A stretch of 64,000 nt of DNA from Candidatus Latescibacterota bacterium (GTDB lineage Bacteria; Latescibacterota; UBA2968; GCA-2709665), in the NCBI GenBank assembly GCA_965208835.1, contig OZ242358.1:4512001-4576000 (forward strand), in the 5' to 3' direction. Of the stretch, positions 18,813-28,805 are shown piece by piece. The notes beneath the pieces were generated by a model that was not told where the DNA came from, did no database searches, and was given only the letters and a program-made list of their open reading frames with translations. The stretch's first letter is position 1. Each line of letters starts with the position of its first letter. Position numbers and translations under genes: made by a program.

Positions 18813-20873
18813 TCACCCCGTTTTTTCTTCGGGTCCAAGGCGGACGAATGCCGTCGGATTCGCAAGGTTCCTGTGGGTCACGTCAATCCACTGATCGGAT
18901 CGTGCGGTAGTTGAGACGCGCACTTCCCTGATTTCGCCCTCAAACGGCGCTCCGCCGCCCGCGATGCTGCCGACGGTAATCGGTATATCGTTCGGTTGAA
19001 CCGGTCCCGTTGCTTCGGCCGAAGCCACGGCCGTCCCGTCGATGTAGAGGGTTATCCGTTCCCCGTCGTATACGCCCGCCAGGTGATGCCGGCCGGGGGC
19101 AGGCGTCCTGTTGGCGCGCACGCTCCGGGTGCCGTTTTCCGTATTGATGGTGAAGGTCGGTCCCGGCAGCGATGCACAGAGACCGCCGTTGTGACCGCAT
19201 TCCGCGTATTTGAGAATGAAGGAAGCGTCGTCCGCGGTGTCGTAGCGCAGCACCTTGCCGTGAGGCGTGTATTCGCGGTCGTCGTTTTCATCGGGGTCTT
19301 CGCGCCACGGCGAGAAGTACACGTAGCGTCCGTCGAACGCGCCTCCGTTGAATCCGCCGGGATTCGGCGGATAGGTAAAGACGCCTCCGTCGGCTGCGTC
19401 CCACGCGGCCCTGTCGCTGAAGTTCATGCAGGTGTTGTAACGCAGCACGCGACAGTGGAAACCACTCTGTTGTTCGTCGCCCTCGTAGAACGGAATGTAG
19501 TAGACGTACTGGCCGTCGAATGCCGCGCCGTCGTAGCCCTTTGTATGCAGGCCCGACGTTCCGGCTGCGTCGTAGGCTTCCCAGCTTTCCGGGTCCCTGA
19601 AGTCGCCCCGGGTATCGTATCTGACGGCGTTGCTGTGGGCGTAAGGGACGTAATAGACGAAGCGCCCGTCGAAAACGGCGCCTACGCACATCCCCAACCC
19701 GAGATCGCTGGCGTCCATGGCCTGCCAGGCGGCCGGATCGTCGAACCCGGCGCGGGTGTCGTGCCGCAGCACGATTCCGCGGTCGTTGAGCGGCGAGTAG
19801 TAGACGTAACGACCGTCGAAGGTGGCGCCGTCGTAGTTTTTCGACTCCAGTCCGTCGGTGTTTCCGGCATCGAACATCGCATAGCTGTCCGGATCCTTGA
19901 AGCCGCCATGGGTATCGTAACGGACCGCTTTCCCACTTTCGCCCATATCACCGTAGTATCCCGGTGAGAGGTAGATGTATCGCCCGTCGTACGCGGCGCT
20001 CTGGCAGGCCATGGTCCTCCCGATGTCGTACGCCTCCCAGCTGCCGGGATCCCGGAATTCCCCGCGCCGGTCATATCGCAGGAAGCGGCTGTGCAGGGTC
20101 TCGCCGTCGGTACGCGGGACAAAGTAGATATGGTTTCCGGCGTGCACGACGCCGTAGTACCCTTTCGTGTTGAGGCCGTCCGTACAACCGGCATCGTATC
20201 CCTGCCAGCTTTCGGGATCGTTGAACCCGCCCCGGGAATCGTATCGCAGGACCTGGCCGTGGCGATCCTGTGAAGCATTGCATTGCGGCGCGAAGTATAC
20301 GTAGCGTCCGTCAGAGACGGCGCCGAAATAGCCTTTGGTGTCCAGGCCGTCGGTTTCCCCGGCATCGTAGGACTCGAACGTATCCATCGTGGATCGCAGC
20401 GACCATCTGGAGACCAGCGTCTGGAAGGCGTCCGTATTGGCCTGGCTGCTTTGGACCCAGGCTTCGACGGTCAGGGCTTCAACGCGGTCGAGCGGTAAGG
20501 AGCGGATCGCGTCACCGTTACATCGGACCAGCGCATAGTGCGCATCCCAGACCGGGTCCGGGCATGAGACAGCGCCTTCTCCATAGCACAGGTTCAGCGT
20601 CGTATCCGCGGAGAGCAAGGGAACCCTGACTCGCGCCCTCAGGGCGCCGTCTTCGGAGCAGTAGGACTCGATACGGTACACCAGCGCGTCGCCCTCGCCG
20701 GATGCGAAGTGGATGTCGCTCCCGTCTTCCCTGAGAACATGGCCGCCCTTCTCGATTGACTTGAGTGCGTCATCCCGAATGACCACGAGGAGCGGAAAGT
20801 CCCGAAGATTCGGGACCACCACTTCAGGATTGAAGGTGATTTTCCGGCGGATCAGTTTCCCTGTTTCTTTCAT
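18813..20873 (-). CDS. DUF2341-like and LamG-like protein with seven inserted 'FDGRYVYF' repeats
   Basis: N-terminal LRDFPLLV...DGSDIHF...RVRVPLLS; LTVEAWV ... HHLAGVYDG..TLYIDG...FEGEIREVRVS; seven ~50-60 aa repeats in between. Confidence 0.8.
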   Translation of the reverse strand: MKETGKLIRRKITFNPEVVVPNLRDFPLLVVIRDDALKSIEKGGHVLREDGSDIHFASGEGDALVYRIESYCSEDGALRARVRVPLLSADTTLNLCYGEGAVSCPDPVWDAHYALVRCNGDAIRSLPLDRVEALTVEAWVQSSQANTDAFQTLVSRWSLRSTMDTFESYDAGETDGLDTKGYFGAVSDGRYVYFAPQCNASQDRHGQVLRYDSRGGFNDPESWQGYDAGCTDGLNTKGYYGVVHAGNHIYFVPRTDGETLHSRFLRYDRRGEFRDPGSWEAYDIGRTMACQSAAYDGRYIYLSPGYYGDMGESGKAVRYDTHGGFKDPDSYAMFDAGNTDGLESKNYDGATFDGRYVYYSPLNDRGIVLRHDTRAGFDDPAAWQAMDASDLGLGMCVGAVFDGRFVYYVPYAHSNAVRYDTRGDFRDPESWEAYDAAGTSGLHTKGYDGAAFDGQYVYYIPFYEGDEQQSGFHCRVLRYNTCMNFSDRAAWDAADGGVFTYPPNPGGFNGGAFDGRYVYFSPWREDPDENDDREYTPHGKVLRYDTADDASFILKYAECGHNGGLCASLPGPTFTINTENGTRSVRANRTPAPGRHHLAGVYDGERITLYIDGTAVASAEATGPVQPNDIPITVGSIAGGGAPFEGEIREVRVSTTARSDQWIDVTHRNLANPTAFVRLGPEEKTG

Positions 20874-21100
20874 TTTTTCCTCTCCTGATCAATGTTGAGA
20901 ATCAGTTTAATCCAGACGCAATTCAGCTGGTCTGAGTCATTCAATTATTAGTACCTATAGAATCCTATTCGCTATCGCGGCTTCGCATTGTTCTGCCAAA
21001 ACCAGTGAGATGAAAAGGAACGCAGGAGCCCGATTGACGGTCCCAATCAGTTCCACTTGAGGGGGAGTCGCAGTATTCGACCCCTTCCCCTGAGCATGCG

Positions 21101-21196
21101 ACCTGAGCCGCTCCCTGAGCCTGTCGAAGGGTCGGCGAAGGGCTGCCCAAGGGTGCCGAAACGCGCGCACTTCGACAAGCTCAGTGACCACGTTTC
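21101..21196 (+). repeat. REPIN-like doublet preceded by a TTGAGGGGGAGTCGCAG unit
   Basis: TGAGCCTGTCGAA ... TTCGACAAGCTCA inverted pair. Confidence 0.8.
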
Positions 21197-21392
21197 GGCA
21201 GGCTTAACGCCCGTTTCCGTAAACTGAACCGCTGCAGTGTTAGCCGAGGCGAGTCTGAAACCTGCCCATACGGTCCGGATATCAACATGCACCTGCACTT
21301 TCTGTGCCTTTTGTGCTTTTTGTGGCCAATGACGTGGTTAACCACTTGAACAACCAAGATACCGCGTTTGTGGAATTTCCGCCGCGTCCCAT

Positions 21393-22484
21393 CTACGGCT
21401 CAAGCGTTACCTTGATCGAACGGTCACCCTCCGCGACGAGATCGATCCCTTTCTGGAATCTCTGGAGGGGCAGACGATGGGTCACGATGCGATCCATCGG
21501 CAGGAGACCCTTCCGGATCATATCGATCGCTACAGGGTAACAGCCGGGTCCCAGGTGGGCGCCGTGGATGTTGAGTTCCTTGGTGTCGCCGATGATGGTC
21601 CAGTCCGTCGTCACCGGCTCCCGCATAACGCTGAACTCGACAAACGTGCCGAGTTTGCAGATCATGTGCAGACCCTGTTCCACGGCGGCGGGATGCCCGG
21701 TCGCTTCGATGTACACGTCGCAGCCGTACCCGTCGGTAAGTTGGTTCACTTCCCGGATGACGTCCGTCCTTCCGGGGTTGAAGACCAGGTCGGCGCCGCA
21801 GGCGCGCGCCACGTCCAGACGGTCGTCGCTGAGATCCAGGGCGATCAGCAGGCGGGGATTCTTGAGCCGGGCGGCCGCAACCATTCCCAACCCCAGCGGT
21901 CCCGCTCCCGCGATGACCACGGTATGGTCCAGCTCGATTTCGCCCCGCTGCACGGCGTGGATGGCGCACGCCAGCGGCTCGATGTACACGGCCTGATCGG
22001 GAGGGACGCTCGCGGGAACCTTATAGTTGAGGGCGTCGGCGGGAAAACGCATGTATTCGGCCATCGCGCCGAAGGTGTTCTGACGGAAGCCGTAGATGTC
22101 GTGCCGCATGCACATCCAGTACTGGCCGCGACGGCAATAGCGGCACGCATGACAGGGAACGATCTGTTCCGAGATCGCCGTATCGCCAATGGCGAGTCCG
22201 TATTTCTCGCCGGCGCCCGGGCCGAGAAGAACCACCTCGCCGATGAATTCATGGCCGGGGATTACAGGCGCCTGGCAGTAACCCTCGCGGTGTTCGTCCC
22301 CCCAGAACAGCGGAGCCCCCAGATAACACTTGAGATCGCTGGCGCAGATACCGGCGGAATTCACGCGGATAACGACTTCCCCGGGTCCCGGACGCGGCAC
22401 GGGGCGTTCTTCAAGGCGGTAGTCCCCGGGTCCGTGGCAGACAACCGCCGGCATGGAGCGGGGAAGTCCGGTTTGCGGTGTCAA
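21393..22484 (-). CDS. Zn-dependent polyol dehydrogenase (erythritol/L-threitol dehydrogenase-like)
   Basis: GICASDLKC, GHEF, CxxCxxCx7C, GAGPLGL, KELNIHGAHLGP. Confidence 0.88.
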   Translation of the reverse strand: MTPQTGLPRSMPAVVCHGPGDYRLEERPVPRPGPGEVVIRVNSAGICASDLKCYLGAPLFWGDEHREGYCQAPVIPGHEFIGEVVLLGPGAGEKYGLAIGDTAISEQIVPCHACRYCRRGQYWMCMRHDIYGFRQNTFGAMAEYMRFPADALNYKVPASVPPDQAVYIEPLACAIHAVQRGEIELDHTVVIAGAGPLGLGMVAAARLKNPRLLIALDLSDDRLDVARACGADLVFNPGRTDVIREVNQLTDGYGCDVYIEATGHPAAVEQGLHMICKLGTFVEFSVMREPVTTDWTIIGDTKELNIHGAHLGPGCYPVAIDMIRKGLLPMDRIVTHRLPLQRFQKGIDLVAEGDRSIKVTLEP

Positions 22485-22697
22485 TGGCGAATTCCTTCGA
22501 TGTCCGGCCAGTCGAATTCGTTTTTCGGTTGCAATCGCGCGTCGGCCGGAGACATCAAGATAGGTCGAAACAAACCGGATGGCAACCGAATCAAATGGAT
22601 TGGTCGCCGGGGTTTTTCCTTGTGTCAGCGTTCACCGTCTCTTTACATTGCGGACGTCTGATTCCCTGATTCTCACTTACCGCGAGAGGAGTGGTTG

Positions 22698-25600
22698 ATG
22701 GACCGTCGTGATGCGATATGGCTGCTGGTATTCGTGGTTCTGGGCGTGGTCGGGCTGGCGGTATTTCTCAATTACTACACCGAGGCGATTCCGTCCGCGT
22801 CGCTGGACTTCAGATTAAGCCGCGACGAGGTACATCGCGAGGCGCAGGGCTATTTGGAAAACCTGGGGTACAATCTTGCCGATTACCAGAGCGCCCAGAT
22901 CTTCTCAAGCAGCCAGATGCAGCAGGTTTTCCTGGAGCAGACACTGGGTCTGGAGGAGACCAGCCGGCTGGCGAGAGAATGGCTGTCTGTCTGGTCCTGG
23001 AGCGTGCGGTGGTTCAAGCCGCTCCAGAAGGAGGAACTGCGGGTGGGGCTTGATCCCGGCGGACGAATTGTCGGATTCTCGCACCGCATCCTGGAATCGG
23101 ACGAAGGCGCGAGCATCGCGCAGGACGACGCTCTGGTCGTCGCATCGGATTTCCTGCGGAAAAACCAGGGGTACAACCTGGACGCCTACGAGTTGATCGA
23201 CCGGTCCAGCACGGAACGCAAAGCCCGGGTCGATCACCGGTTCGCCTTTCGGAAGAAAGATTTCACCGTTGGCGACGACGGACACTACCGGCTGGACGTC
23301 GTGGTTCAAGGGGACCGTATCGGACAGTTCAGCGAGTACCTTAAAGTGCCGGACAGCTTCTCCCGCAGTTACAGGGAAGTACGTTCACGGGCGAATCTGT
23401 TGACGCAGGTGTTTCTGCCGTTCTGGCTTGCGCTGGGCGTCGCCATGCTGGTGATTCTGGTCAAGAACTATCGCAGAAAGCGGTTGCGCTGGCAGGCCGG
23501 ACTGATCGTCGGAACGCTCGTGGCCATTGCCTGGTTTGCCGCAAACGTAAACGCCCTGCCTCTCTCGCTTCATAATTTCGAAACAACGGTCTCCTACGGC
23601 GCATTTCTGGTGACGCTTCTTTTCAGCGCCGTTCTGGTCGCGGCGGTCAACGGCGGAATCGTCTGCCTGGCCGGGACGGCTGGCGGCGTTCTTGAGAGGG
23701 ACGTGTTGTCCGAGCGGCGGGCGAGCCCGCTCGGCCGGCTGTCGCTCAGGGGCGTGTTTTCGGCCGGTTTCCTGCGGTCAACGGTTGTGGGTTACGGCGC
23801 CGCCGGGGCCGTTCTTGGCTACGTCGCCGTGTTCTATCTGCTGGGCGGGCGGTATTTCGACGTCTGGGTGCCCGCGGACGTGAGCGAGTACAACAACGCG
23901 TTCAGCACGGCCATTCCCTGGATCTACCCGTTGCTGGTAGGACTCTCCGCCGCGGCGGTCGAGGAGTTTTTCTTCCGTCTGCTGGCGATTCCCCTGCTGA
24001 TCAGATGGCTGAAACGGCCGTGGCTGGCGGTGTTGCTGCCGGCGATTGTCTGGGCGTTCCTGCATTCAAACTATCCCCATGAGCCGATTTACATACGCGG
24101 AATTGAGATAACGGTCATCGGTATCCTCTTCGGAATCCTGTTCCTGCGATTCGGGATCTGGGCGCCCATCATCGCCCATTATGCGATCAATGCTTTCATC
24201 GTGGCGCTGCCGATGGTGAAGTCATCCAGCCTCTACTTCCAGGTGTCCGGCGTGCTCGTCATTGGGATTCTGCTGGTGCCGGCCATCCCAGCGGCGTTCG
24301 CGGTCCTGACCGGAAGGGCCCGGCCAGGGGAAGTCGACGACGTCGACGACGGGGAGGCGCCGGACGAACCTGCCGAAATAGAGGAACCTGCGCCCGAGCC
24401 CGTACGGTCGGACGTGGATGAAAGAGAGCCCGATTCCTATTTGCCGGACAAGAGGAGATGGATTGTCGCCGGCCTCTGCGCCGTCGCGGGAATCGCGCTG
24501 ATGATCGGATTCCGCGTGGACCGGTTCGGCGCCCGCTCATTGAAGCTGGAGGTGACCCGGAGTCAGGCAGCGGGTATCGCGGAGGCCTTTTGTGCCGAAA
24601 TGGGACTGGATGCGTCGGATTATCGCAGGTCCGTTCAGTTTCGAAGCGGGGTCGGCTCTTCCCACTACACGCATCTGATCCGAAACGCGGGGGTCGCTCG
24701 CGCGGATACCCTGATGGTGGAGAACACATCGCCGTGGTACTGGCACGTGCGTTGGTTCAAACCGATGGAGAAGGAGGAGATCCAGGTCCGCGTGGACGCG
24801 TCCGGGCGCGTCGCGGGATTCAACCACATCATACCCGAGACTCGGGCGGGGCCGGAGCTGGAGACGGACGACGCGCGCGCGAAGGCGGAGGCGTTCGTCG
24901 AGCAGACGTTCTCCCGCACCGTCACGGATACCGCGCAATACAAGCTGCTGGAAGCCCGATCGGAAAAAGAAAAGGACCGGATGGACCACCTTTTCGTCTG
25001 GGAGCGGATCGACCGGAAGATCGAAGACGGCGAGTTCCGGCTGAAGGTGCGCGTGCAGGGCGACGAAGTGGGTCTCTTCAGTGCGCACTACAAAGCGCCG
25101 GAGGAGTTCCTGCGATCCCTCAAACAACGGGGCGCCCGGCAGGAATTGGCCTCGATGGTGCCGGTTCTCCTGATGCTGGCGACGCTTATATTGGCGGGGA
25201 TCTATTTCTTCCGTCAATACCGGGCAGGGGAAATCCGCTGGAAGCTGCCGATTGGCATCGGCATTGCGGTTGTCTTATTGACCCTGTTGAACTGGATCAA
25301 TTCCCTGCCGACCTTCTTCCACGGTTACGATACGAGCCAGGCGATGATGACCTATCTGGGTATCCAGGGCGTCGGCCTGCTGATCGGGACGCCGATGACC
25401 GGGCTGGCGATAGCGGCGATGTTTGCGCTGATGATGGCGATGAAAGGGTCGCTCTATCCGGAGGAGATGGGAGCCGGCAGATGGCTGGGACTCCTGCGGA
25501 TGCGGGAGGGCGGCCTTCGCTTCTGGGCGGGCACGCTGGTTCTGGCGGCGGCGTTTCTGTTTCTTCGGACGGGCACCGACAGTCTCGCAATGTACGTGAA

Positions 25601-26108
25601 ATACAACGGCTTGACGGAGTACCTGGAGGCTGGCGGATTTAATCTGCCGTCGGTCAATACCTACGTTCCGCTCTTCAGCGCCGCCATCGGCACTGCCCTG
25701 GAGTTAGTCAATCCATTCGCCGTGCTGGCAATTCTGCTGGTCTGGAAGGCCGGAGTCAAACGGGTCTGGTTGATCGTGGCCGGAATCGCGGTCGCCCTGT
25801 TGTCGGAGGATGCGATCGCGCCCGCGAGGAGTTTCTATCATTTCGCCGTGCTGGCCGGCCTGGAACTTTTCGCTCTTGGTGTACTGGTTTTCCTCGTCGC
25901 ATGGCTGATCCGGTTCAATCTGATGGCCTATATTATCGCGATCTGGTCCGGCAAGCTCATCCTGGGCCCTGGGATCGCGTTCATTCAACGGACAACCGAC
26001 ACCGTTTTTCAGTGGAACGGCATCGTAATACTCGTGCTCGGCCTTGCGCCGCTGCTCTACCTGCTGGCTGCCGGTCTTCACGAACGGCGCGAGCGGGCGG
26101 AAGGATAA
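22698..26108 (+). CDS. Large CPBP (CAAX/Abi-type) intramembrane glutamic endopeptidase with internal duplication
   Basis: EEFFFR, WAFLH, HYAIN motifs; many TM segments; duplicated VRWFKP..KEE extracytoplasmic domain. Confidence 0.85.
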   Translation: MDRRDAIWLLVFVVLGVVGLAVFLNYYTEAIPSASLDFRLSRDEVHREAQGYLENLGYNLADYQSAQIFSSSQMQQVFLEQTLGLEETSRLAREWLSVWSWSVRWFKPLQKEELRVGLDPGGRIVGFSHRILESDEGASIAQDDALVVASDFLRKNQGYNLDAYELIDRSSTERKARVDHRFAFRKKDFTVGDDGHYRLDVVVQGDRIGQFSEYLKVPDSFSRSYREVRSRANLLTQVFLPFWLALGVAMLVILVKNYRRKRLRWQAGLIVGTLVAIAWFAANVNALPLSLHNFETTVSYGAFLVTLLFSAVLVAAVNGGIVCLAGTAGGVLERDVLSERRASPLGRLSLRGVFSAGFLRSTVVGYGAAGAVLGYVAVFYLLGGRYFDVWVPADVSEYNNAFSTAIPWIYPLLVGLSAAAVEEFFFRLLAIPLLIRWLKRPWLAVLLPAIVWAFLHSNYPHEPIYIRGIEITVIGILFGILFLRFGIWAPIIAHYAINAFIVALPMVKSSSLYFQVSGVLVIGILLVPAIPAAFAVLTGRARPGEVDDVDDGEAPDEPAEIEEPAPEPVRSDVDEREPDSYLPDKRRWIVAGLCAVAGIALMIGFRVDRFGARSLKLEVTRSQAAGIAEAFCAEMGLDASDYRRSVQFRSGVGSSHYTHLIRNAGVARADTLMVENTSPWYWHVRWFKPMEKEEIQVRVDASGRVAGFNHIIPETRAGPELETDDARAKAEAFVEQTFSRTVTDTAQYKLLEARSEKEKDRMDHLFVWERIDRKIEDGEFRLKVRVQGDEVGLFSAHYKAPEEFLRSLKQRGARQELASMVPVLLMLATLILAGIYFFRQYRAGEIRWKLPIGIGIAVVLLTLLNWINSLPTFFHGYDTSQAMMTYLGIQGVGLLIGTPMTGLAIAAMFALMMAMKGSLYPEEMGAGRWLGLLRMREGGLRFWAGTLVLAAAFLFLRTGTDSLAMYVKYNGLTEYLEAGGFNLPSVNTYVPLFSAAIGTALELVNPFAVLAILLVWKAGVKRVWLIVAGIAVALLSEDAIAPARSFYHFAVLAGLELFALGVLVFLVAWLIRFNLMAYIIAIWSGKLILGPGIAFIQRTTDTVFQWNGIVILVLGLAPLLYLLAAGLHERRERAEG

Positions 26109-26114
26109 ACCGCT

Positions 26115-26141
26115 GCCCGGATGGGCTTTTTCAACGGGCTG
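26115..26141 (+). mobile_element. Solo right end of MITE family A
   Basis: GCCCGGATGGGCTTTTTCAACGGGCTG, identical to 62112-62138. Confidence 0.75.
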
Positions 26142-26186
26142 TCGGGCCAGGTTTTTCGAACCGCCAGGCCGACGGCTGAAAGGGCA

Positions 26187-26224
26187 ACCCCCCTCCGAAG
26201 GATATCGGAGGGGGGTCTATTTTC
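26187..26224. terminator. Intrinsic terminator, probably bidirectional
   Basis: 12-bp stem ACCCCCCTCCGA/TCGGAGGGGGGT followed by CTATTTTC, between convergent genes. Confidence 0.7.
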
Positions 26225-26245
26225 GTTCCGTCCGATCCAGGAACT

Positions 26246-27262
26246 TTACGGAAGCACCCGTTCGACCTCCACGCTCTCCCCGGTCTGTTCCGCCTTCCTG
26301 ATGGCGTCGGCTACGGCCACGGCGGCGACCATGTCCTCTCCCAGGGGATGAGGCCGGCCCGTCCGGACCATTTCTTTGAGGTGTTCGAGGATGATCGCGG
26401 AGCCTTCACAGGCGTTGAAGTCGTTGAGAACCAGACCCTGAATGGCGCCTTCAGGGCCGAACACGTGAGTGAACATCTCGGTAAAGCGGAAGTTGGCCAC
26501 GCCGCAGTTGATGACCACCCCGTGTTCCGGCCGGCCGGACGCGACGCCGTAATGGAGATGATAGACCGTATGGTTGGGCGCCTTTAGACAACTCACGGAG
26601 TGGATGCCCGTCCCAAACACGTGTTGAGCAATCGAAATCGCGTGGATGACCGCGGCAAGGTGGGTGGAGGCGCATGTTATGGTGCCGAAGGTGACGCGGC
26701 CGACCTCGTCCAGGCGGCGGACCAACTGTACCACGGCGGGGTTCGTCTGCAGCATGGAGAGCGACATCACAGGCACTTTGTTGGCATTCGCGAGTTCTAG
26801 GATCGCGCGGACGTCGGCGATGCAATGCGCGAAGGGTTTGTCGATGAATGTGGGCACACCTTTCTTCAGACCCGGACGCGCCAGTTCCAGGTGATCGGAG
26901 CCGTCGTAGTTGCAGTTCGCAATCAACACCAGATCCACGTCATCGCTCACCTGCTCGAAGCTGTCGCAAACTTCCGGCCTTCCGTAGAAGACGTTCGAGA
27001 ACATCTCCGCGTTGCGACGCTGTTCGTCCCAGACCTTCACGATCCGGAAGCCGTCCACGCTGGGAGCGGTCATCCGGGTCGGTTCGCTGTACTTAGTATA
27101 GTAGAAGTAGTGCGTTCCGCCGCGTTGCCAGGTATAGGACATGTCGTCTTCGACGGGCATGGGTTCCCTCAACCGCAGTGGATCGTGGTCGTCCATCTGC
27201 GCGCCGAACCACATGCCATGCATGTCGCAGCGGATGATCCCGGTGCGAATCACATCGGACAC
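26246..27262 (-). CDS. Divergent Gfo/Idh/MocA-like oxidoreductase
   Basis: DVDLVLIA, HLELARP, PTFIDKPFA. Confidence 0.75.
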   Translation of the reverse strand: MSDVIRTGIIRCDMHGMWFGAQMDDHDPLRLREPMPVEDDMSYTWQRGGTHYFYYTKYSEPTRMTAPSVDGFRIVKVWDEQRRNAEMFSNVFYGRPEVCDSFEQVSDDVDLVLIANCNYDGSDHLELARPGLKKGVPTFIDKPFAHCIADVRAILELANANKVPVMSLSMLQTNPAVVQLVRRLDEVGRVTFGTITCASTHLAAVIHAISIAQHVFGTGIHSVSCLKAPNHTVYHLHYGVASGRPEHGVVINCGVANFRFTEMFTHVFGPEGAIQGLVLNDFNACEGSAIILEHLKEMVRTGRPHPLGEDMVAAVAVADAIRKAEQTGESVEVERVLP

Positions 27263-27320
27263 GACAGGGATTCCTCTCGTTTGATATTCTCAAATATCCG
27301 TTGGCCCAGAGTTAGTGAGG

Positions 27321-27345
27321 GTGGGGCGAACATTCCTGTCTGCCC
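27321..27345. repeat. Degenerate REP-like hairpin
   Basis: GTGGGGCGAACATTCCTGTCTGCCC, intergenic, single copy in this window. Confidence 0.4.
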
Positions 27346-27391
27346 GAACCAATGGCTCTTTGCCGCAATGCGGATGGAAGAGCCGTCGCTG

Positions 27392-27760
27392 CTACAATTC
27401 CAATGGGTCGGCCGTGCGGATGACGAAAAATTTCCTTACCGGTTGCATCACGTGCCAGTGGGTCTTTAGTCCCGCGGGAAAGTGAACCGTATCCCCCGGC
27501 CCCAGGGTGTAACTGTCGCCGCCGTCTTCTTCAATGGCGACCCTTCCCTCGAAGACGTGGGCGAACTCGTCCCATCCGAAAGTCCACTCGAATTTTCCTT
27601 CGGAACATTGCCAGTACCCGCCGGACACCCTTTTGTCCGCGCTTTGAGTAACGATGGCGCCGCGTGCCGTGGGTTCGCCTTCCTGAATCCAATCGGGATC
27701 GATGGGCATGTCGGGCAGATTTTCCGGCATTGCGGCGGTTTTCATCTTCAACTCGCTCAT
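27392..27760 (-). CDS. Cupin_3 (DUF861/EutQ-like) protein
   Basis: GYWQCSEGKF, DEFAHVFEG, GPGDTVHFPAG. Confidence 0.88.
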   Translation of the reverse strand: MSELKMKTAAMPENLPDMPIDPDWIQEGEPTARGAIVTQSADKRVSGGYWQCSEGKFEWTFGWDEFAHVFEGRVAIEEDGGDSYTLGPGDTVHFPAGLKTHWHVMQPVRKFFVIRTADPLEL

Positions 27761-27790
27761 CTCGCGCTCCTTTACTCTAACGGGTTTGAC

Positions 27791-28801
27791 TTACAACGCC
27801 AGGACTTCCCGCCAGCGGTCCGCTTCGACAGGTATTCCCAGCGCCTGGTTCTCCTCCCGGGTCCTGAACATGCGCTCCCCGGGATAGGTCACCGGCTCGC
27901 AGCCTTCGAGAGTCTCGGCGGCGCGAAAGTCGGCGAGGGTCTGGTCGACGATTTCGCGCATCCGGTCACCGGCGACAGCGTCGGCATGGATGGCGATATA
28001 GACCTGGGAGACGCCGTATTCGTCGTCGTCCTGGGCGATCTGGTACGTCGAACGGCCCCCCGACAGCAGCGAGGCAACCAGATCCAGCGACATCGCGAGT
28101 CCGATCCCCTTCCAGTGACCGATGGGCAGCGGGCGCCGGGCGGCCTGGATGGCGGCTGCGTCGTACGACAGGTTTCCGCTGTCGTCGTAACCCCCGGGGA
28201 CCGGAAGCCGCCGGTTGGCGACGCGGTACACGTCCAGTTTTCCATGGGAATACTGGCTCATCGCCATATCCAGCAGAAAATGACGGCCTCCCGGACGGGG
28301 TATGCAGAAGACGAGGGGATTGTTGCCCACTTTCCGGTCGGACGAGCCGAACGGGGGGATGAGCTGGGTCGTATTCGTCCAGCAGATGCCGATACAGCCG
28401 GCTTCCGCGGCCCTCAGACCATACGTTCCGGCCCGCATCCAGTGGTTGGTGTTTCTGAGGGCCACGCAACCCATTCCCTGTTCTTTCGCGAGTTCAACCG
28501 CGCGGTCCACACAGGCGCATGCATTGAGGATACCTGGGCCCAGTTTTCCGTCCCATTGCTCCAGGACACCGAAGGCACCCGCCCGTTCTGGCTCGGCATG
28601 GAGATCCATGCCCTTTCCGGAACGGGCCTGCCCGGCGAACGACGGGAACCGGTTGACCCCGTGGGAATAGACCCCGTCGCGCGTGGTTTCGGCGAAGATT
28701 CGCGCCAGGGGTTCGGCGCGTTCGGCCGCGAAGCCGATGTTGTGCAGGACGCGGTTCAGTTCCGTCACCATCGTGTCGAATTGGATCCGGCGCTTTTCCA
28801 T
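27791..28801 (-). CDS. yiaK: 3-dehydro-L-gulonate 2-dehydrogenase (Ldh_2 family)
   Basis: DGVYSHGVNRFP, NTNHWMRAGTYG, GNNPL, LDMAMSQYS, GHWKG, YPGE; start ATG 28801. Confidence 0.88.
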   Translation of the reverse strand: MEKRRIQFDTMVTELNRVLHNIGFAAERAEPLARIFAETTRDGVYSHGVNRFPSFAGQARSGKGMDLHAEPERAGAFGVLEQWDGKLGPGILNACACVDRAVELAKEQGMGCVALRNTNHWMRAGTYGLRAAEAGCIGICWTNTTQLIPPFGSSDRKVGNNPLVFCIPRPGGRHFLLDMAMSQYSHGKLDVYRVANRRLPVPGGYDDSGNLSYDAAAIQAARRPLPIGHWKGIGLAMSLDLVASLLSGGRSTYQIAQDDDEYGVSQVYIAIHADAVAGDRMREIVDQTLADFRAAETLEGCEPVTYPGERMFRTREENQALGIPVEADRWREVLAL

Positions 28802-28805
28802 CGTG

